From Trichosphaerium sp. ATCC 40318 (lineage: Eukaryota > Protista > Tubulinea), in assembly GCA_038496445.1 (NCBI GenBank), contig JALMLS010000397.1, positions 248,001-312,000 of the forward strand: DNA of 64,000 nt, in the 5' to 3' direction. The notes under the pieces are model-generated. The model saw only the letters and a list, made by a program, of their open reading frames with translations, was not told the DNA's origin and made no database searches. Each line of letters begins with the position of its first letter. The stretch's first letter is position 1. The translations under genes and the position numbers were made by a program. Shown piece after piece: positions 27,501 to 41,130 of this stretch.

Positions 27501-27924
27501 GGGGCAACTCCGCGTTACAAATGGGGCTCAAATTTGTAACCCGTTTGGAAAATCGTGTGGTATAGACGTACCTTCATACTAAGGCCGTATACGAAACCAT
27601 TGGTTATACGTAAAAATGGTAAAGCAGAAGTGAGGTAATACTCGAAAGGAAGCGGATTTAGCTCTATAAATGATTAGTATACGCCACATGCTTTGTTTTG
27701 TGCCTATTTTCTCAATTACGCTTTCGCCCTTGAAGAATTTTAAATCGAACTTGGTCTCATTTCCTGAGTAGCCTAGCGCGTATGAGAACAGTACTAGTGG
27801 TACAGACATTGCGATTGGTTTCCGGAACCGGTACAAAATTACTGAACTACCTCCTTTGCGCCCACGTACCTAATAGGAAGTGCTCGAGGTATTTCCCCAA
27901 GAATTTAGTGACAAGGTAGTCCAT
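21567..27924 (-). CDS. Chorein_N (VPS13/BLTP3-UHRF1BP1-like) bridge-like lipid transfer protein with DEP domain and C-terminal coiled coil
   Basis: MDYLVTKFLGKYLEHFLL|GYSGNETKFDLKFFKGESVIEKI|ELNP, FIDKIIDGIEIKIKHV (Chorein_N); AIAG|TEAMRWMVESLNLPTRTMAEGLGQRLVDVGFF..KTFAEDGIYEM (DEP); heptad-rich tail. Confidence 0.75.
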
Positions 27925-28094
27925 CAGAGGCTATATTGCTTTTGTTGCTTCTAAGGGAACACGTAACAACTCGCACGCAGAATCTGAGGATAGTTGACTA
28001 TTAATAATAGCCAGATTTTTACAGTTCGTATGATTTCATGTACCCACGTAAAGCGTTGGTACTAGTAAGTTACCAATTCGTGAAGCGACACAAA

Positions 28095-28669
28095 ATGGTG
28101 CACAATGTAAGTGTAGGCGGATCTGCCAAAAACCGAAGTTGACTAAGCCACTGATAAAGTCTGCAACTGCAAAACAAAGGCAATAAAGCTAAGAGCAAGT
28201 TCGTTGAAGCTATAAATCTGTACAGTGAGGGCACATTAGTTTGGGTAACATGCGCGTTGCTAAAGAATGAGTTAAATAAGATGACAGCAATGAAATTTTG
28301 TACAAAAACCGTTCTGCGGCGTATACCCACGCTAATAAATACGACGAAGCACTTGCGGAGGCAGAAAAAGCAATTTCAGCTAAACCACAATGGTTTAACG
28401 GCTATTATCGCAGAGGCACGCAACTACAAAGCACTTGGAGTATAAAAACGTAACTATAATCGAATCTGTCTCAAAAAACATCTAGGTTTCGTTTTGATGT
28501 AAAATACAACGCTACAATAGAACAATTCAAGCTCTGTGCATCAAAAGACGCTTCAAACAAGGCAACACAAGACATGATATATGATCACGTGTCCTTGCCT
28601 CCAAAAGATGTACCACATTTTTTTCGTTATGTCACTAAAATGACACTTGACAACTTTGATAAAATCTAA
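28095..28669 (+). CDS. Short STI1-type TPR protein, possibly degenerate
   Basis: QNKGNKA..FVEAINLYSE, LYKNRSAAYTHANKYDEALAEAEKAISAKPQWFNGYYRRG; the first repeat looks shortened and 3' splicing is ambiguous. Confidence 0.55.
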
Positions 28670-29226
28670 AGTAAGTACTGTTGCACAATAGCCTTAGGTT
28701 TTCAATAATATAAATATATGGAGAAAGAATGATTTGTTATGTGATCTGATAGCTTTCATCGCTTCTCCGTTTAACAAGAAGTGATAAAACTGTACGCAGC
28801 GCTATTTCTACGCGTGTAGACTCAATAGGGGCACTATTGTAGTACATTCTTTTGCCATTCGAAAATGTGTTTGTATAGCAGTTCTAGCCTATGCACCGCA
28901 TTCTCTAGTACGTTAACCGCCATAGTCGTTTTTAAACAAGCTTGCACGTATCCGTTTGTACTAGTTTTCACTGTGCATTCATGTCGTTTAAACCATTCTC
29001 TGACCGTTCCCAACTAATACAAATAATAAAAGTTGTCAAAAGGTTAGTATATAAGTGTACAGTCTCAGTACAAAGCGCTGTTGTGCGTTAAAACCGCTTA
29101 CAATAATAATATCGGACTATTCACTTAAAATAGCGTTTCAACGCTAAAACATGCCGTATTCACTTTATCTACTAGCTGTTCGCTCGTATTCTATGTTATT
29201 TCACATAAAATTACGAGATTTGAGCG

Positions 29227-30675
29227 ATGAGTTCCGCTTTTGGACTTTTTGGTTCTTTTTTTGTCCACAAATCGCAACTTACACAACACTCAAAGCATGT
29301 CACGCAACACCTTTGTTTGGCTCTACTTTGCTTCATAGCAATTGCTTCCGCTGCCCTCGTAGTTGAGGTACGTTTCATATCGATGTAGAAGCACTTTAAA
29401 CGCAACAACGTTTACGTTGGTGATGCTTAGGCGCTAATGCAACTAAAAAAAAAAAACTTGTTTTTATTCCTTTAGCGAATTTGGATTAAAGAAAGCCTTT
29501 TTCTGGCTTTTCGGTCGTTAATTGTTGTATGTAGACTATTGAATGGCCTAAAGATAACGCTTGCGCAAGCGAAGAAGACGATGCTATTAAAGTCGTTCAA
29601 TCGAAAGAATATGAATTCAACTGGTGTTATTCTATTGCTGATATGCCTTCTCCTTTGACGTTCTTTTATAACCAAGGAGGAAATGAAAAAAGATTTCAAT
29701 CATTCAGATACGTTGACTGTCTATCCACTCCGAGAGATAAAGCAATTCTAAGAGGATACACTGGTAAACATTGTGAGTCTCACACTTACATACCTAATGT
29801 TGAAATACCGCTAAGTTGCGGCTTTTCTCTATATCCATATGGTGTTAGAACGACTTGCAATGATACAAATCATAACCCTGTACGCGGAAGATTAACACAA
29901 AAAGCTTGTTTTTTCGATCAATTTTCTTGTGGACACTTTACTTACATAGTTTTAGAGTCGATTTACCTATTTCAAGTCTGACAGGGCAGTTATCGAATCG
30001 TTCAGCGATAATGATAAATGCTCAGGTGACGCATCTCTTGTTCTTGAGGAGCCATCTGAAGCAGCAAGTAACTTTACTTGTCACACGGTATGTTCATCAT
30101 TGTATTCTTTTTTGTCCTTTTATTGTTATGCTTATGTACTAAATCGTGTGCTTTAGGGCTCTTTTAACTTCAATGATCCATCTGTTCTAGAATCTTACCC
30201 ACTGAGTACTTGTCTCGAAACTACCACCGGCTACTATAAAACAACATACTCTACTCGGTTTTTGTGCTTAGAAAGATTAACAGGCATTCCTATTAAACCT
30301 ATTGTTCCTGCTGCTCCTGTTGCTCCCATTGCTCCTATTGCACCACAAACAACTGTACCACCTACAACTGACGCACCAACACAGTGGATTACACCAACTG
30401 AAATACCTGGTGCTCCTACTGATGGTAGAGGCGGAAGCGTTGTAAATTCACCAACAGAAGCTCCAGAAGATGAAGGCACTGGTAAGTAACATTTAATTTT
30501 ACCCAGAAATTGGAAACAATTTTTGTTCTGACTTTTTTTGTTCGCAACAGATTTGTTGACATACATTGCTATCGGTGTTGGTGCTTTTGCTTTAATTCTT
30601 GCTATCGTTGCTTTGATTCTTGTATTTGTTCGTGGAGGCAGTAGCAGTGCTGACTCTTACACTCGTGCTAGTTAA
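29227..30675 (+). CDS. Type I membrane protein with Cys-containing ectodomain and Pro/Thr stalk
   Basis: Hydrophobic LCLALLCFIAIASAA; stalk PAAPVAPIAPIAPQTTVPPTTDAPT; TM LLTYIAIGVGAFALILAIVALILVFV; tail RGGSSSADSYTRAS*. The start is uncertain. Confidence 0.7.
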
Positions 30676-31242
30676 ATAATACAACGTAAGACACAAGTTT
30701 TTGACCAACAAAAAAATTGTATATCCTGTTGTGTAACAAGGTGTTGTAACTTACAATACTAATAAATGGGGTAAATTACAATAACCACTGTATTACTGGC
30801 AAGCTTAAGACTCCAAAAGAGACAACAAACAGACTTCATCCGCACAAGCAGCCCTTAATTTGTAGCACTTTTTAGCTCACAATTGAACTTAACGAAATAG
30901 TAACCCCTCGTTGTACAGTACGTCTTGACATTGAGCAATCGAAGAAGATTTTTATGATACATATCGTAATTCTATCAAAGAAAATGTTAATGCTATTCAT
31001 CAACTGCTTAGAGAAAAATTCTCTATATGGTCTGTGCCTACCAAGGCCCGTATACCTTTGTATGTTATGTTGTTGCACTGGAAGATGTGTACAAACTGGT
31101 CTTTATTATGGTTTTTTTTCAGGTTCCCGAAACTGATGTTTATTGTTCACGTTTCTTTAATGCTCCTGCACAGCACCCACTCCATAACAGAGTACAAACC
31201 TATTTGCTACCATAAAATCTGGATTCGCTTCTTGATTGGCCT

Positions 31243-31845
31243 TCAAAAGTCTTCCTTGTCCTTCTCGTAGTTTATCATTGCTAGCGCTGTAAGAGAGCTA
31301 CCTGCTGCAACAGTAGATAACATTAAGATCTACATGTATCAAAAGGGTATCAGAACAGGAGACCTTCAGTTACTTTTTGGCGTACACTTAATTTATTCGC
31401 TGCGAATTGCCCTTTAAATAGCAGTTTACTCAAATAGAAGTAACGCCAAGTCGACACGCCGAGCAATAATTGCCCACAACCTGTTGTATTGTTAAATAAA
31501 CGCCTGGCGAGTACAATGTGCTATCAATTACGCACAAACAAGGAAGTAGGGAGCTATTTCGTCAAAAGCGTTTAAATAACTGTTCAAAAGGTGTCTGGGT
31601 TGCTTTTTAGCCGTTTTAGAAGTTATAGCCATGACATCTTGGGTACGAGCAGCTACTGTGCGTTTGTATTCGCTCAGGCCCACACCAAGCCCGAAAATAA
31701 CAAAGCTAGTGCGAACCCACGCTAAGTACGTTCTTTCAAGCGCAAGTTGGTCCCTAGCTGTCGATCCAGTATTCTTTACTTCAACTTCTGGCCCACACCT
31801 CCGAGCAGCTTTAACCACCGCATTTAACGTTATTCTACGCCACAT
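31243..31845 (-). CDS. DUF202 (YidH-like) membrane protein
   Basis: NTGSTARDQLALERTYLAWVRTSFVIFGLGV; Arg-rich N-terminus may be a mitochondrial targeting peptide. Confidence 0.85.
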
Positions 31846-31946
31846 TTTATGAGGCTAACTTAACAATATCACTTTAAGCAATTACCTAAACTCAACAACA
31901 ACTGCCGGACAAACAATTTATTCCGTTGCGAAGATAACACCTTGGT

Positions 31947-34900
31947 TTACTTTTTATTAGGACAGGCACAGTTTGCATCAACACGTTTAGAACTGGATTG
32001 GTTTCCAGTGGAACGATGTTTTCCTAGTACCCACAAGAGGTGGCTAACCAATGCAGTCCAACCAGATTGGTGCCTAGTAGGTGTCAAAATTTTGACACAT
32101 TGTTTTAAGAAAAAAGTAGGAAGAACTAGAATTCTTATTTGATTGAAAAAGTTGGGCTTACTCTGCTCCTAAACCACGTCCAGTATCTCCATGGAAGTGC
32201 TCATAGTAGTTTACGAGGTAGTCCCAGTGTTTCTTGTTGAATACTTCAGGGTCATTCAGGTGACAAGGGCGTAAGCCGTTAAGTTCCTTTGACGGCAAAA
32301 ATGAGGCTACAGCACGCTCACAAATGAGATCCTATTGTATAAATTATTACTAAATTGTTTTTTATGAAATCAAATAATACGCACAGCAATGTGGGCGAGG
32401 TTCTTTTGTTCTCCAGAACCTGTTGGGAATTCCATTGTAAATTCTTCGCCAAAAAACCTTTTTGACTTTGTTAGAACACACTGACGTAAACAATTGTAAT
32501 TTTGTACTTATTATAACGTCTTATAGCGGTTACTACAAGACTCATCACCGGGAACCATATTGGTCCACGCCAGTTTGAGTTACCACCAAACATAGAGCTA
32601 TCAGACTCTCCTAATAATTTTTGAGGTTTATTTTTCTTCAAGGGGATGCGAAAATATGCTCGCGTACCTGGTGTATATTTGAGAGTATACGTTTTACCAT
32701 CGTCCAATGTCAATGACTATTGAATAATAAATAAGATTCGAAAAACGCAGTTGAAGAGGAAGCATAGTATACGCACAAAAGGTTCATCTTTGTATTTCCT
32801 CGAAATAGATCTTATGCCATACTTAGATAAGAATTCATTCTCATCGAATAGGTATCCCTACACATAAAAAATAAAGTTAGACCATGTGTCAATATTTCAA
32901 GCAACGAGTGAGATCTGGCAAAAGCAACAAATAGAAAAAGTAGAAAAACACGCACGAAAACGCTCTTGATCTTGTCTTGTGAAGTTACGGCCACCAAGTA
33001 TTTACCCTTTTCACTTCCAGGAGCCTCAGGTAAGAAAGTGATATGCTGACTTACGTCTATAAAAAATAGTTAGATTCAGAAAGAAGTAACCACGAAAAGT
33101 TTAAGTTGTTTTGTTGATTGTTTGTTTTCAGCAACAAAAAACGCACCAGGACGATACTTCATGAACCATTTCATGCGCTTAGCGAATCCAGGTAGCTTTT
33201 CAAGAGTGGTAGTCTTAATTATATTGACAGCACACAACGGTATCAATCCAACCATTGAACGAATTCTAAGTGGTATCTTCTTTCCAGCAGCCTTCAATTG
33301 ATCATAGTAGAATCCATCAACTTTATCCTGAGGACGAGCAGTTAACAAAACTGTGTCATGAACAAGGTTGAAAAACAAGATAATACATACCCAAAGACCA
33401 GTACCACCAACTGTATTCATCGCATCGATGATTTGAACTGAGTTAAGTTAGTCAACAAAACTGAACAATTTTTTTGAAAAAAAAGTTCTATTCGAGTACC
33501 AAAGTGTTCAAAGAACTTTGAAGCAATATCTTCCATAGCTGGAATATGTAATGCTAGTTCCAAAGCAATATTAAGCATGTTCGAGCAAAAGAAAGCCATC
33601 CAAGCGGTACCTAAACGAAACTGTTAAAAAGCCGATTATTGGAATCTCAAAGTAATATTATTGTGTACCATCAGCTTGCTCCAAGTTCTTCATTTTTGAG
33701 CGATCAAAAATTGAAATATTATCCAATCCTAGAAGAAAATTAATAATTAATTTCAAGTTTGTGTAATCTCGCCTGTGTGGCAGAACCTTTTTGGACAAAA
33801 AAAAACAAGTACACGAAAATGCATCATGTGCTTTTGAGTGTGTAAGTTTTTTACTACGCACCCAAGAATCCTCCTGAGAATATATTGTTTCCTTCTGCGT
33901 CCTTGCGGTTAACCCACCAAGTGAAATTCAACATGAGTTTAGTAAAGCATCTCATCAAAAAGTCATGATCATTTGCTCCAGTCATTTGGTAAACCTTCCA
34001 GCAAGCCTATAACATATCATCAGTACTTTAAACACTTATGAGATATAAAATCTATGCGTACCCAAGCGTGAACAGGAGGGTTTACATCAGAAAGATTAAA
34101 TTCATACGCTGGCATAGCACCGTTAGGGTGCATGTACCATTCACGTAAAAATAAGATGAGTTGTGCTTTAGCAAAGAAAGGATCAACGTGAGCAAAAGGA
34201 ATCATATGGAATGCTAAATCCCAAACGGCATACCAAGGGTATCTATTGATAAGATTAATTTAACACTGGATTCATAGTTACAAACAAAAGAGAAATCAGA
34301 AAAAAAAATCCAAGAAAAAACGCACTCCCACTTGTCTGGCATAGATACAATATCGCGATTGTATAAATGCTTCCAATCAACGTTTCTACCTTGATAACGC
34401 GAATCAGGTGGCTTTGGCTGGTTTTCATCACCCTTAGGAAAAGTTAGTTTCGTGTAGAAAGCTAGTGAGTTTTCTTCGTACCTCAAGCCAATCTTTTACA
34501 ATGTAGTGAAAGAATTGTTTACTCCATAACAGAGAAGCAAACGATTGTCTGCTTACGTTCTTTTCTTCATCAGACAGATTGCTTGGGATGATTTTATCAT
34601 AAAACTCATTGCCCTCTTTGACACGCAAATCCCAAAATTTATCAAAGTTTTCTGAACAAAAACTGGTTTTAGAACACCAAAGTCTTCTTTTACAATTTCT
34701 CGAGTTTATCCGTACCAAAGGCGTCTGATTCAGGTAATGTTTCGGAACCTTTCATTGCGAGCCTGAATTTGTATTCCTTTGAACCACCAGCCTTGATAAC
34801 ATCGTTATAGTATGGTGAACATTTTGTTCCGTATTGTTTTGGATTGACTTTATCTTTTTGTCCATTTACCTATCCTCTGATTAATAAAATGATTTTATCT

Positions 34901-36409
34901 ATTGTAGTTCATACCACATAGTCATGGAATCCATCTTTAGTGTATCTACCATAGTTTTCACCATTGTATAGTTTCTTAAAGTTGGTCTCATTCTCAGTAA
35001 AAAGCCATTCTTTTGGTTTTTCTTCAGCGTAGAAGAAAAAATCTTCAAGTGCTTCATGTGTGCCTTCCACAACGCCATCTGTAATACAGTAAGTCAAAAT
35101 GTACTAACATACTTAAAAGGTTTGATAGAACTAAAAAAAAACTACGTAGTAAACTGTGAAATGAATACAACAGCAACACGTGTTGTTCGGAAAAAAGCTT
35201 TCAAAAAAAAAAAGTATCAGTCAATCGAACCTTCGAAGTACAATCTTGGCTTAGTCCAACAAGCTTCGTGTTTACATCCCCATACCCAAGTGTTTCTAAA
35301 GTATACGTCAGAGATGTCTCAATTGCCGAAAAATCATAGTGACATTGTCTTGTTTACCTGTACCACAAAGTAGGCAAGAAATGAATTGGTTTATCTTCAG
35401 GTCCACGATTATGAATTGTAACCTTAATCAAAAGATCGTTATCATCTGCTTTGGCATATTCTGCAAATATATCAAAGTAACGGTCTTCAGCGAATACACC
35501 TTTCAAAAGATATGTGAGAAGGAAAACAAGAAATTTTTGTTTGGTTTACCTGTATCAGTGACTTCGTATTCTGGGTCTAATCTTGATCTACGTGCATTCT
35601 CATTAACAAGATCAGCGTAAGGAAACTCTGCTTGAGGGTATTTATATAGACCCTTCATGTATGAATGTGTAGGTGTTGAATCTAGGTACCACCATTTCTA
35701 CGAAAATTAATTAACAAATAGAACAAGGTTACAGGCCCTTCTCTGTTTAGAAAAGCACAATAGCACTATTTATAGCGCCTCTATGGGGTTTTATATAGAT
35801 ATAAATCACCCAAAGAGATGAGTCGTTTTATAAATTAGATTGTGGTTTTTTCTGAAAGCTACATACGTCTTTTGGGTCTTCTCCGTGGTTACCCTCTGGG
35901 CCTGTGAGACCAAACATACGTTCCTACATACACGTTTTAGAAAAAGTCTTAAAAACACTCGTGCACAAGCGTCAAAATGTAAAAGGCACCTTTAAAATAG
36001 GATCTTTCTCGTTCCAAACCGATAATGCGAAACAAAGCCTGCATTGGCGATCAGTTATACCTAAAAGTGATCAATTGTTAGTTATCATCACTTAACGGCA
36101 ACGCTATGGCGGTATCGAACGTATTTGTTGCTGCTACGACGTTTTCTTTATCCGACGTTAACGTACCGAGCATTCCGTCCTCTCCCCATCTATACGCGCG
36201 GCTCCGCGAGTGTTCGTGGGGGAAACTATCCCACGAATTACCATCGGCGCTGTAGTCCTCTCTAACGGTCGACCACTGCCTCTCAGACAAGTACGGACCT
36301 ACAACAATGTTATTGTTGAATCATTAAACTGCCTACCCCATCGTTTCCAATTTTTTGACCTTTCTTCGCTCTCTTGAAGACGAATTTCCTCTTGAGTTAG
36401 CTCTGCCAT
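31947..36409 (-). CDS. GH63-like glycoside hydrolase (MGH1/YMR196W-like)
   Basis: NWKRWG|[37 protein letters not shown]|[57 protein letters not shown]|HQSGWTALV. Confidence 0.93.
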
Positions 36410-37374
36410 GGTTTGCTCAAAGTGAGTGAATTAGCGACTGTATTAAGTTCAGATACAACTTATCACATTTCTCCGTATGTCTTGATATTAACAGTTCTTA
36501 AATAACATCTTCTAGTTACGTTTTGTAACAGAAAGGCACTTTCAGAGTTTTGTTATTAAACAAAGATATTTTTTTCGGTTCTTGTGGACAAAATTGGGTT
36601 TGTCTTTTATTCATTGTTTAACATCATAAACAGAAACTCTACCGGATAAAGTATTGGCCGGATTCCGTTCTGTTTTCAAAATTGACGACTTTTTGGGTAA
36701 ATATTATTCCGTATTCACGCTTCCTTGACGTTGGTTACATAGATTACGTGGAATTTAATTGAACTACCTCGTTGCCTTTATTTTACACTCATCACTTGTT
36801 TTATTTCTAAATTATGGTTAAGAATCTTTCAAGAAACAAAACAAGGAGCTGGAGCATTAGTTCTTGTTTTTTTTTTAATTGAAAGATAGGTGCTTAAGCC
36901 CAAACTTAAACTGCGTTGATAGAAATATAAAGCTTGTTTAAATGTGGTGTTGATTTATTAAAATTCATCACTTGTTTGTTCTAGTCTCCTTTGCGAAATG
37001 TAGTGCAAACCCAGTGGTAATCGTACTTGGCTTCACTTATACGTGCACGAAACAATCAGCGCCAATTGGGTAGCACAAAAAAACAAGTCAAGTTGCTATT
37101 ACATGCAGTGTCGGGATTCCAGCAAAACTATTACACATTAGCAAAATTGTTGCCTTAACTAAGCACCATACTCTCTAGAAGCTAGTTTGGTTAAGCGTTG
37201 GCAAAATAATTACGGAATGGGTAATTTGTACAAACGACTGGGTTTTACTTTTGCAACTTCAAAGTATTCAACTCTTTTGTAACAAGCAGTCACTATTCAA
37301 TCAAACTGGTTGTTAAATTTTTTTTATTGTTAGTTCTTAACTGGTGTGATGCTTGTACTGAATATACTCTTTTC

Positions 37375-38601
37375 TTACATATACACTGTTGTACCTTTTA
37401 AAGCGTTTGCACCTTCTTTTGTTACTAAAGTATGAAAGGCGTAAAGATATGTTGCCCCCAGTTCTTTAATGCCTTCATCAGTTACTGAAGTTTTACTGAG
37501 GTCAATAGTATGAACTCCGGCAAGTGCTTTAACACCTTCATCAGTTACTGAGGTGTAACTGAGGTGAATAGTATGAACTCCAGCAAGTGCTTTAATACCT
37601 TCATCTGTAACTGGAGTGTTATTGAGGATAATAGTATGAACTCCGGCAAGTGCTTTAATACCTTCATCTGTTATATTCTTGCATTCAGACAGGTCTATCT
37701 CATAAACACCATTTAGTGCTGTAATGCCTTCATCAGTTACTGAAGTTTTATTAAGGATAATGGTATGAACTCCAGCAAGTGCCTTAATACCTTCATCTGT
37801 CACATTCTTGCAATGATAAAGATGTATCTCATGTACGCCCTTGAGTGCTTTTATGCCTTCATCAGTTACTGAAGTGCTACTGAGGTGAATAGTATGAACT
37901 CCAGCAAGTGCTTTGACACCTTTATCTGTTATGTTCTTACATAAATAAAGGCTTATGTCATGAACGCCTTTGAGTGATTTAATGCCTTCATCAGTTACTG
38001 AAGTTCTATCAAGGGAAATAGTATGAATTCCGGCAAGCGCTTTAACACCTTCATCAGTTACTGAGGTGTAATTGAGGATAACGGTATGAACTCCAGCAAG
38101 TGCTTTAACGCCTTCATCAGTAACTGAAGTGAAACTGAGGCGAATAGCATGAACTCCAGCAAGTGCTATGACACCTTTATCTGTTATGTTCTTACATGAA
38201 TAAAGACTTATGTCATGAACGCCTTTAAGTGCTTTAATGCCTTCATCAGTTACTGAAGTTCTATCAAGGGAAATAGTATGAACTCCGGCAAGTGCTTTGA
38301 CACCTTCGTCTGATACTGATGTGTCTAAAAGATAAAGCGTGTGAACACCAGCAAACTGTTTCATGATGCTGTTTTCAAAACCTAGTCCTCTAAGGGTGAT
38401 TTTTGTGTTTTTCAGAGTACCAGCGTGTTTTAATGCTGATTTTGCTTGAGTTAGCGTTCTAATCGTAATAGCATGGTATCCAATAATATCATGAATAATA
38501 GAAGCAAAGAAACGACAGGTTTGACAAGCTGCAAATCGCGATTTGGTTGTTTTACGCAAGATGTACGCTACTATTTCTGTGGGAAGGCGCAATAAATTCA
38601 T
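37375..38601 (-). CDS. Intronless F-box/LRR protein (21-22-aa repeats)
   Basis: F-box LLRLPTEIVAYILR...CQTCRFF; ~15 repeats of VTDEGIKALAGVHTIxLxx; single 408-aa ORF. Confidence 0.9.
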   Translation of the reverse strand: MNLLRLPTEIVAYILRKTTKSRFAACQTCRFFASIIHDIIGYHAITIRTLTQAKSALKHAGTLKNTKITLRGLGFENSIMKQFAGVHTLYLLDTSVSDEGVKALAGVHTISLDRTSVTDEGIKALKGVHDISLYSCKNITDKGVIALAGVHAIRLSFTSVTDEGVKALAGVHTVILNYTSVTDEGVKALAGIHTISLDRTSVTDEGIKSLKGVHDISLYLCKNITDKGVKALAGVHTIHLSSTSVTDEGIKALKGVHEIHLYHCKNVTDEGIKALAGVHTIILNKTSVTDEGITALNGVYEIDLSECKNITDEGIKALAGVHTIILNNTPVTDEGIKALAGVHTIHLSYTSVTDEGVKALAGVHTIDLSKTSVTDEGIKELGATYLYAFHTLVTKEGANALKGTTVYM

Positions 38602-38854
38602 GTCTACTCTTAGGGGATATCTAGTAAATGTTACTCCGCTGAGTCAATATTTTTCTCTACCGTCACAAAAAACGTAAGAAAATTGGTACAACTTGTAAGG
38701 TTCTTTGGAGGAACAACAACAGTTGATAGTAAGTTACAAGCTGTTTATTAAGCACAAATTCAAGTTTGTCTTGTGATACATCTGGCACAACTTAGTTGTA
38801 AAAACTACATGCGGATTATTTATTTAGAATATTTCTTGTATACATACAACCACA

Positions 38855-39959
38855 TTACTGATCGGTCACAAATGCGTGTGGATTTATATTCTTTTTCAAG
38901 AAGGTAGTAAGCGTACTCTTGTACACTTGAGGGTATGTTCGAAAATGGTTAACATGATTAGAATCTTCGAAACATATATGACTCACATCTATCTCATATT
39001 CGACTTCTTGGTAGTTATGAAACTTCTGAACATGTTTCCAGTCAACAATAGCGTCTTTTTTTGAGTACAAGTAGAGTTGTGGACATCCAATCATTGCAAG
39101 CTGAAAAGAAACAAGTAAGTATCAAAAAAAAAAAAAAAACACGTGTTCAAACAAACTTGGTTGATAGCTACGTACAATTGTATTAAACTTCTCAAATAAG
39201 TGATTTTCATAGTGTGAGATCCATCGTAGACTTTGTAATGGTACAAGGCGTATAATAAGAGAAAGAAGGGAGCGAGTCGCAGACAGTATTTTAAATATCA
39301 GTGACACAACTAAACGTGTGTACCAAGGCATGCCCTCACTAAACGCTCTGATGGCCTCATTTATTGTACCACTTATAGGTGCACTGTCAATAGTGATGGC
39401 TTTTATTCTCTTAAAGAACGCTACAAGGCGCTAAAAAAAGCATCAACAAAAGTCTGTTTTGGATTTTTTTTTGCTGAAATAAAATACCTTATCACGTTCT
39501 TTCTCCTGCCACATGTTCTTGAGTTGAAGCATACCAGCCCCAGAAAAGATGTGTACTATACAGATTAGAGTTTGAAAGCGCCAATAGTACTCTTTAAAAG
39601 GAATTCTGTTTAAACAAACATACAAGCTATAGGAGCATTAGGTTGCGCTTCCATTTGCGCGAAAACACGCTGTTTTAAGTCGTTAAGTAGCGGTGTGTTC
39701 CCATACGCCTTAAACTACGATAAAACTTGTTAGATTGCTTTCATACGCGTAGAATATCCATTACATGTGATGATTCGGTGACATAACCAGCTTGTTGGTA
39801 AAACTCATTATACCGCCTCAAATACCGTGGTTTACTACAGGAGAAGCGTGTTAGGTATATACCTCAACTAGTTGAACTTGTTGAATGCATGTGCTACCTT
39901 CTAAGCCAACCAAGAATTACTGCAATCTTTGCTCCGTCTGCGTTCGGTGTGCTACTCAT
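38855..39959 (-). CDS. TMEM53/DUF829 alpha/beta-hydrolase-fold protein
   Basis: VILGW, PRYLRRYNEFY, HIFSGAG, IDSAP, PQLYLYSKKDAIV, FEDSNHVNHFRTYP. Confidence 0.85.
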
Positions 39960-40796
39960 TCCAAAAGGCTTTTATGATGTAAATAGTTTGCCCGATTGTG
40001 ACTTTCCATGACTTGTAGAAATTTCATGCCAATTTTAGTGAGGTGCAACACAAGCTCTTAATATATTATTTGAAGTACCTCTGCAAGAGTATATTCATAT
40101 TTATTCTTCTAGCAACATCATTAAGTTTGGCATGAAGTTGTGCTTTGTAATGCAATATGTGAGGTAATATTAAGCTGTGTGCAGACGAGACGAAAGCGCT
40201 TTGTTTCAACATGAATTCATTTTGATTTTTTTGTCAAGAGCGAAACGTGGCTTCGCAAACAATAGCCTTCGCAAAAAATAAATAACTTATTAATACACTT
40301 GAGATGCATACATCATGCACCGTCTTTTTTACTCGCATGTTCAAAACTAGCTACTTGCAGTATTTCGCGTAGTTCACATGCGGACCATCTCTCTTTATTT
40401 ATCCGAACAAAATTTTTTGAATATGTGTATCTCCGTGTTTTGCTATTCATAGAATGTTGTACCTACGACATTTTGACCAAATAGCTTCATCGTAATCTCG
40501 TAAAATGTGCATCCAAAAACCTTAATTTTCTGACTGTTAGGGGAACATAAAATAATGATTATTATAACGACATAACGACATAACTACCACTTGGTCTGAA
40601 TTTAAACCTACGAGTAATACAAGATACAAAAAATGACACAATATCACGTGATAAATCGCATCTTGATTGCGCACAAAACTGTTTCTCACACAACGTGCCG
40701 CACACACACACTGCTGCGCAAATACTACAAAAATAACAGCGAAGAGCACAACCTCTTCTGTTTTAAACCAATCAAGCGCGTCTGTATTTAGAAGAT

Positions 40797-41101
40797 ATGG
40801 CAGAGAAAAGTCCTGAAGTGCCTAAAAGCCATAAAACTGCTACGGAGTTTCGTCACTACCAAAGGGAGGAACATGACCATATTCCGTAACTACATTTTTT
40901 TTCTTTTTTTTTTGCCTAATTTTTCAAAGGAGACAAAGAGAAGGCAATGTACTCTCTCCTGAACAGGTTCGCGTATAAGAGTTTTACTGTATGTATCTAA
41001 ATATATGATAGTATCGGCGTGGTATCATGGCATACAATGCTGCTCAATATTGGATACAAGAACATCGTGTCACACAACAACAAAACGAATCAAATGAATA
41101 A
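40797..41101 (+). CDS. Small three-exon hypothetical protein (~71 aa)
   Basis: Two GT-AG introns join MAEKSPEVPKSHKTATEFRHYQREEHDHIP|RQREGNVLSPEQ|YRRGIMAYNAAQYWIQEHRVTQQQNESNE*. Confidence 0.55.
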
Positions 41102-41130
41102 AAAAAAAAGTTTATTTCAAACAAAATGGT

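Noticed and set aside
37300-38700. Transposon boundaries around the intronless F-box/LRR gene
   Set aside because: No terminal repeats, target-site duplication, polyA tract or transposase/RT seen by eye.
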